Assembly: GCA_003208875.1 (NCBI GenBank)
Contig: QCUR01000011.1
Location: 1 to 19,231 of the forward strand
Reading direction: 5' to 3'
Origin: Prochlorococcus sp. AG-679-M23
Lineage (GTDB): Bacteria; Cyanobacteriota; Cyanobacteriia; PCC-6307; Cyanobiaceae
Length of the DNA stretch: 19,231 nt
The notes below the pieces were generated by a model. That model did not search any database. It saw only the letters and a program-made list of their open reading frames with translations, and was not told where the DNA came from. Position numbers and translations under genes: made by a program. Each line of letters begins with the position of its first letter. Position 1 is the first letter of the stretch. Shown here piece after piece: positions 15,391 through 19,231 of this stretch.

Positions 15391-15552
15391 TTATTCAATA
15401 ATGCAATAGGGGTCACTTTGTGATTTGCTGCAAAAAATTGTTTTGCGTAGATAGGCTTTTTCATATTTTCTATAAATACTTTGAGTTATAAAAACTCCAA
15501 AGTAAATAAGTAAGACAGTCAATATGAGTAGCTCTAATCCTAAGTTGGTCAT
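15391..15552 (-). CDS. 53-aa fusion: MTNLG TM microprotein plus C-x8-C tail
   Basis: MTNLGLELLILTVLLIYFGVFITQSIYRKYEKAYLRKTIFCSKSQSDPYCIIE*; SD AAGGAGG; 13/27 identities to the N-terminus of 730-831. Confidence 0.78.
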   Translation of the reverse strand: MTNLGLELLILTVLLIYFGVFITQSIYRKYEKAYLRKTIFCSKSQSDPYCIIE

Positions 15553-15586
15553 TTGATTAACCTCCTTTGATTTGAGTGTTATTTAG

Positions 15587-15614
15587 TACGTTTGATATAG
15601 AAAAATCAAGCGTA
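15587..15614. promoter_or_regulatory. 28-bp dyad TACG-N2-TGAT-N8-ATCA-N2-CGTA, copy 2
   Basis: Minus strand reads TACGctTGATttttctatATCAaaCGTA, 34 bp upstream of ATG 15552. Confidence 0.65.
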
Positions 15615-15713
15615 TGAATACCTAAAAAAATATCAAGTAACAACTTTAAATAACTTCGGAACTAAAAATATGACTTTAATTCTGATACTAAATTTTAAAT
15701 AAATCAGCATAAT

Positions 15714-15741
15714 TACGGATATACAAAAAAAATTATTCGTA
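15714..15741 (+). promoter_or_regulatory. TACG-N20-CGTA element, copy 3 (outer half-sites only)
   Basis: TACG 15714-15717 and CGTA(CTAA) 15738-15745, with the same 20-nt spacing as copies 1 and 2. Confidence 0.45.
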
Positions 15742-15749
15742 CTAATTTC

Positions 15750-15941
15750 CAATTAATCAAATGGAGGGATTAGAAATGATCGATAGTCCACCAGAGAAGT
15801 TTATTAGATTGGTTTAAACAGCCAACTAAATTAGCAGCAAGGATCAAAGATTTAGGTGCGTTGTTAATTTATTCCCAGACATAACTAAGTACTAAGTGAA
15901 GAGATTGTTTCCTAAAGGCGGGAGTACAATCTCTTTTTTTT
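15750..15941 (+). ncRNA. Candidate island sRNA or dual-function RNA (possibly Yfr8/Yfr9-like)
   Basis: GC-richer noncoding block ending in the hairpin AAGAGATTG...CAATCTCTT plus a long T run. Family assignment is from memory only; the 5' end is approximate. Confidence 0.4.
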
Positions 15942-16021
15942 AGCTTATTAAAAGGTGAGATTACTCATAGAGATTCATAAAATTTATGCTTAAATATTCG
16001 AGATTCTTATTCAACTTATAA

Positions 16022-16393
16022 ATGGTTTACTCACAAGCAAAAGTTATTGCAGGTGGATTAGCTCATATCCCAATAGTCATATCAGTGTTTTATTTTATAA
16101 TGAAAACCTTCAATAAGAGAGCATTAGAATTTGCTGAAGCGAATAAATCAATAAAACTAAAGTCAAAAATAGTAGAATCAAAAACTGAAGCGAAGCCATT
16201 GATTGCAGTGAAAGCAGAAACAGAAGAGGTAAAAGAAACCGAAGTTAAAGAAGAGAAAGCACAAGCTATAAAGGAAATCTCAAATAAGCTAGAAGAGATT
16301 GAAAAAAAAGCAGAAGATGTAAAAGAAAAAGTGAAAAAGAAACAGAAAGATAAGAAAAAAAAGAAGAAAAAAAAAGATATGAAGAGAGATTAA
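16022..16393 (+). CDS. Membrane-anchored protein with Lys/Glu-rich low-complexity tail
   Basis: N-terminal TM (GGLAHIPIVISVFYFIM), charged tail, poly-Lys end. Confidence 0.75.
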   Translation: MVYSQAKVIAGGLAHIPIVISVFYFIMKTFNKRALEFAEANKSIKLKSKIVESKTEAKPLIAVKAETEEVKETEVKEEKAQAIKEISNKLEEIEKKAEDVKEKVKKKQKDKKKKKKKKDMKRD

Positions 16394-16510
16394 TTAATTG
16401 AAAGGATTGTCATCCAATTTGCATTCCATTCATATGGTAGTTTTTGCTCAAGCATTTATGCTTTGGGGTTCTCAGCACTATATTTCCAGAGTCGATAGGA
16501 GTATAAATAA

Positions 16511-16590
16511 TTCAGGAGTCAAAAGCACTTCATCGACTTTGTGGACACTGAGGTGCATGACTTGAAGAGGGCGAAAAGCCCTCTTATTTA
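16511..16590 (+). ncRNA. Candidate structured sRNA with terminator
   Basis: TATAAA at 16502-16507; nested stems TTCAG/TTGAA, AGTCA/TGACT, GCACTTCA/TGAGGTGC; terminator AAGAGGGC-GAAAA-GCCCTCTT. Confidence 0.45.
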
Positions 16591-16857
16591 TTTAGTTAAA
16601 AAGATAGATCATAAATACTAAATCACATAAATAAACATAATAACTTTGTATCAATATGAACGTAATGAATAAAATTTAACATTGCTACAGTTGAGGTGCG
16701 TTGTTAATATTGGCATCTTTCCGCTGATATTCCCGCCCGGATTTAAACCAATTAAATGTTGATCTAAATTAGAGAATATTGAAGACCTCTTTTTTAATGG
16801 ATAAAAGATTTATAGCGGAAAAGATAATGATTCTTGATTTCTTTAATTGCTTAAAGA

Positions 16858-16971
16858 ATGGAATTACTTCATCAAATATTTCCTCCGTGGCATATATACT
16901 TAGACGTTTTTCTGCTTGGTATTGGTTTATATGTTTATCTAAGAATTACTAAAAAAATAAATACAAAATAA
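16858..16971 (+). CDS. 37-aa single-TM microprotein, copy B
   Basis: MELLHQIFPPWHIYLDVFLLGIGLYVYLRITKKINTK*. Confidence 0.7.
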   Translation: MELLHQIFPPWHIYLDVFLLGIGLYVYLRITKKINTK

Positions 16972-17171
16972 AAGAAACGCTAACTAAGCTATTTCTATAT
17001 TTTTCTAAACTTTCTTCGACAAACTATCTTCGATAAACTAGATAAAATGCCTTGGATTTAGCTGGCTTATGAAAAAGTTAACAAAATTCCATACCAGCAC
17101 CATACCAGCAGCCCTATTTTTCCCAAAATATAGACTATGACTAAACCTAACTATTGGCTAATGAAAAGTGA
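16858..17171 (+). repeat. ~300-bp direct repeat, copy B
   Basis: Colinear with 14380-14683; carries an extra tandem CCATACCAGCA (17089-17110). Confidence 0.9.
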
Positions 17172-17244
17172 ACGGGATGCATTTTTACAGTCATAGCAAG
17201 AGTTTTATTTTTTACAAAAAATTCCATTCGAACCCTATTCGAAC
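17137..17244 (+). repeat. EVE-gene 5' fragment / att-like scar, copy 4
   Basis: MTKPNYWLMKSERDA; ATTCGAAC repeated with 11-bp period at 17223-17244. Confidence 0.75.
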
Positions 17245-17600
17245 TTTTAAGAGAAATTAAAATATAAATACGGAGCAAGATATAGATACAATTTTTACTT
17301 TCAATTTATACTTTCTTATGATTTATATAAGCCAGTTAAAATTTTAAATCTGTTTTATAGTTTTATTAATTATTCACAAAATTAATGGATAACTTTAGTT
17401 ACTACGATTATCTAAATTCGATATCATTTCATCCACCTTTAATGATAATAACTACAGCAGTATTTTTCTTTATAAGAAGAAAATTCTTATTAGATGAAAA
17501 AAAATACTAAACTGCTTTATTTAATATTAAAATCTTTAAATGAATTAAAGATTAAATAAAGGAAAGAAGTTAAAAAAACCAAAGTATATATTGATTCCAT

Positions 17601-17969
17601 TTAATTTACCGTTGTAATAGAACTGCTTAATCCGTAAGTCAGAAAAATAAAAGTGGTGAATGAAACTCCAATCATTACAGTGGTATAAAGTTTATTCAAT
17701 TTAAAATTATTTTGAATAGATGAAAAGTCAGCTATGACAAAGTTTTTCATTGAATATTTTTCTCTACTTATGAAGTTATTACTGTTAACTAAATTTCCAA
17801 GAATAGGTTTAGAGGTAAGTGAATTTTCTTGAGAAATAACAGCATTGAAAGCTTTATCTTCATTAAAGAAGGTTGGGAACATATATGTATGCCATAAAGC
17901 AATTACCGCAACCCAAAAGATTAGACTTAAACCTGCAATACCAAAAAGTAAGAATCTAAATGTCTCCAT
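17601..17969 (-). CDS. Hypothetical two-TM membrane protein
   Basis: 122-aa ORF with hydrophobic N- and C-terminal helices. Confidence 0.7.
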   Translation of the reverse strand: METFRFLLFGIAGLSLIFWVAVIALWHTYMFPTFFNEDKAFNAVISQENSLTSKPILGNLVNSNNFISREKYSMKNFVIADFSSIQNNFKLNKLYTTVMIGVSFTTFIFLTYGLSSSITTVN

Positions 17970-18179
17970 AATTATTATTTATTATGGTTCCAAATCTACA
18001 ATAGATTTATTTAGTAAAATTTAAAAAATATACTTTAACTAAACCAATAAATCATTCCCTATAGTGACTAATGTTCAAAACTAATGTTATTAAGTGTTTT
18101 TACTTAAACATAAATTAAAGATTTAGTTTTTTATTTATTTATAAAGATCAAAATAAATAACAAATTAACTATTTATCAA

Positions 18180-18473
18180 ATGGACTTTAGAATTTTATTA
18201 GTTATTACTCCAATTATTTTTGCCTGGATCTTTACAGTATTTTGGTTAGGAAAATGGGATGTATTTAGATTGACACCTTTCGGATTACCTAAACAAGGTA
18301 TAGCTCCTTTTAAAAACTACCAAGTATGGGAAGATTCATCGATTATCAATACAAACAGACCTGAGGAGGGTTATCCTGTTTTTACTATAAGAACTGCAGC
18401 TGTAAATGCCTTAGGAATTCCAACCATTTTCTTCCTTGGCGCAATTTTAGCAATGCAGTTTAAATCTTATTAA
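18180..18473 (+). CDS. PsbY-like / cytochrome b559 beta (PsbF)-like fusion protein
   Basis: N-terminus [13 protein letters not shown] is PsbY-like. C-terminus [30 protein letters not shown] aligns to PsbF YPIFTVRWLAVH..., with the heme-ligand His replaced by Asn. Confidence 0.85.
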   Translation: MDFRILLVITPIIFAWIFTVFWLGKWDVFRLTPFGLPKQGIAPFKNYQVWEDSSIINTNRPEEGYPVFTIRTAAVNALGIPTIFFLGAILAMQFKSY

Positions 18474-18486
18474 TTAAGGTAATTTG

Positions 18487-18672
18487 ATGGATATCAGATT
18501 CTTAATTGTAGGAGCTCCTTTTATAGTTGCATTTTTCTATACTTTGTTTTGGCTCAAAAGATGGGGAGCTTTTAATTCATCCTCTAATAATAATCCAAAA
18601 AAAATGACTAAAAAAGATGAACGGTCAAGTAGAGATTTGATATTAGAAAACATCTTCCAAACAAAAAATTAA
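18487..18672 (+). CDS. PsbY-like small membrane protein, paralog of the upstream N-terminus
   Basis: MDIRFLIVGAPFIVAFFYTLFWLKRW versus [26 protein letters not shown]. Confidence 0.7.
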   Translation: MDIRFLIVGAPFIVAFFYTLFWLKRWGAFNSSSNNNPKKMTKKDERSSRDLILENIFQTKN

Positions 18673-18708
18673 TTTACTAAACAAAATTCAAATAATTAAT
18701 TATTTATT

Positions 18709-18807
18709 ATGATTCCTTTAGAACAATTTGTGTTTTTAGCTGTTTCCCTTTATGCTTATTTTCATCTTTCAATGAGTCTGGTAAGCATATTAATTAATTT
18801 TCAATAA
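18709..18807 (+). CDS. Possible 32-aa hydrophobic microprotein
   Basis: MIPLEQFVFLAVSLYAYFHLSMSLVSILINFQ*; co-oriented with the psbY/F-like genes. Confidence 0.3.
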   Translation: MIPLEQFVFLAVSLYAYFHLSMSLVSILINFQ

Positions 18808-18958
18808 AAACTTATTTTAAATAAAATACAACATCTTAATGTATAAAATAAATCTTCCTAAATTTAGAAACTCAATGTATAAATATAAAAGTAGAAATTA
18901 GAGAAATCTACTAGCCGTTAGCTTTGATAACTTCGGTTTGTAATGAGAACCTCTCTTT

Positions 18959-18997
18959 AACCTCATTTTCTTTTTCGCAATCTTAGAAAATGAGGTT
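18959..18997. repeat. Perfect 13-bp inverted repeat
   Basis: AACCTCATTTTCT-N13-AGAAAATGAGGTT. Confidence 0.6.
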
Positions 18998-19138
18998 TAA
19001 ATTTAATAGAAATCCTAATAAAAATAATATTTTATTAGCAGCAATTTTGGCAGCTTTTATAGAGTTCATATCTTATAAAAAAATCTTCCTAATTAAATTA
19101 TATTCAAATTAGTAATGCAAAGATAAAATTCAATAAGA

Positions 19139-19208
19139 TTTGATAATGAGAATCTATTGCAATAAGCCGCCTAATGGTTCATAATTGACATTAATTCTCA
19201 TTATCAAA
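19139..19208. promoter_or_regulatory. Two inverted Fur-box-like sites
   Basis: TTTGATAATGAGAAT and ATTCTCATTATCAAA form a perfect 15-bp IR. 19142-19160 and 19187-19205 each match GATAATGATAATCATTATC at 14/19. Confidence 0.55.
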
Positions 19209-19231
19209 AGACTGCGAATATGAATTTCCAT

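Noticed and set aside
15768..15870. Minus-strand frame INNAPKSLILAANLVG... as a CDS
   Set aside because: In-frame stop immediately upstream and no convincing start or SD; at best a pseudogene or the antisense of the candidate RNA.
10528..17244. CRISPR array interpretation of the recurring TACTGGCTAATG repeat
   Set aside because: Copies are 1.3-2.8 kb apart with genes between them, there are no cas genes, and the repeat encodes an EVE N-terminus.
18067..18120. Pho box upstream of the psbF-like gene
   Set aside because: The ACTAATGTT repeat has a 13-bp period, and the TTAA repeats are too degenerate to call in AT-rich DNA.
1..19231. Intact mobile element (integrase/transposase), tRNA or rRNA
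   Set aside because: No such ORF or RNA structure was seen; only junction-like scars.

Overview
Very AT-rich accessory (genomic-island) region, most likely from a high-light Prochlorococcus; this is inferred from the multicopy-type hli gene, the DUF3303/DUF3804-like genes, the PsbY/PsbF-like gene and the low GC. The centrepiece (4255-10258, minus strand) is a complete guanidine-utilisation cluster: Ni-dependent guanidine hydrolase GdmH, HypA/HypB-type Ni chaperones, an ABC importer and a Rieske oxygenase. I see no guanidine riboswitch upstream, but there is an internal NtcA-like box. The rest is a mosaic of small cargo genes (hli, DoxX, cupins, clpS, DUF411, a His-less PsbF-like fusion). The mosaic is punctuated by four copies of the 5' end of an EVE-domain gene, each followed at near-fixed distance by an 11-bp tandem repeat, which looks like stacked integration (att) scars. 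Below the ORF-track cutoff lies a dispersed family of microproteins: four carry a CP12-like C-x8-C C-terminus, one of them fused to a membrane microprotein, and their loci share conserved CGTAC-based upstream elements. Several candidate sRNAs and a pair of Fur-box-like sites are also present. No integrase, tRNA, rRNA or CRISPR array was seen.
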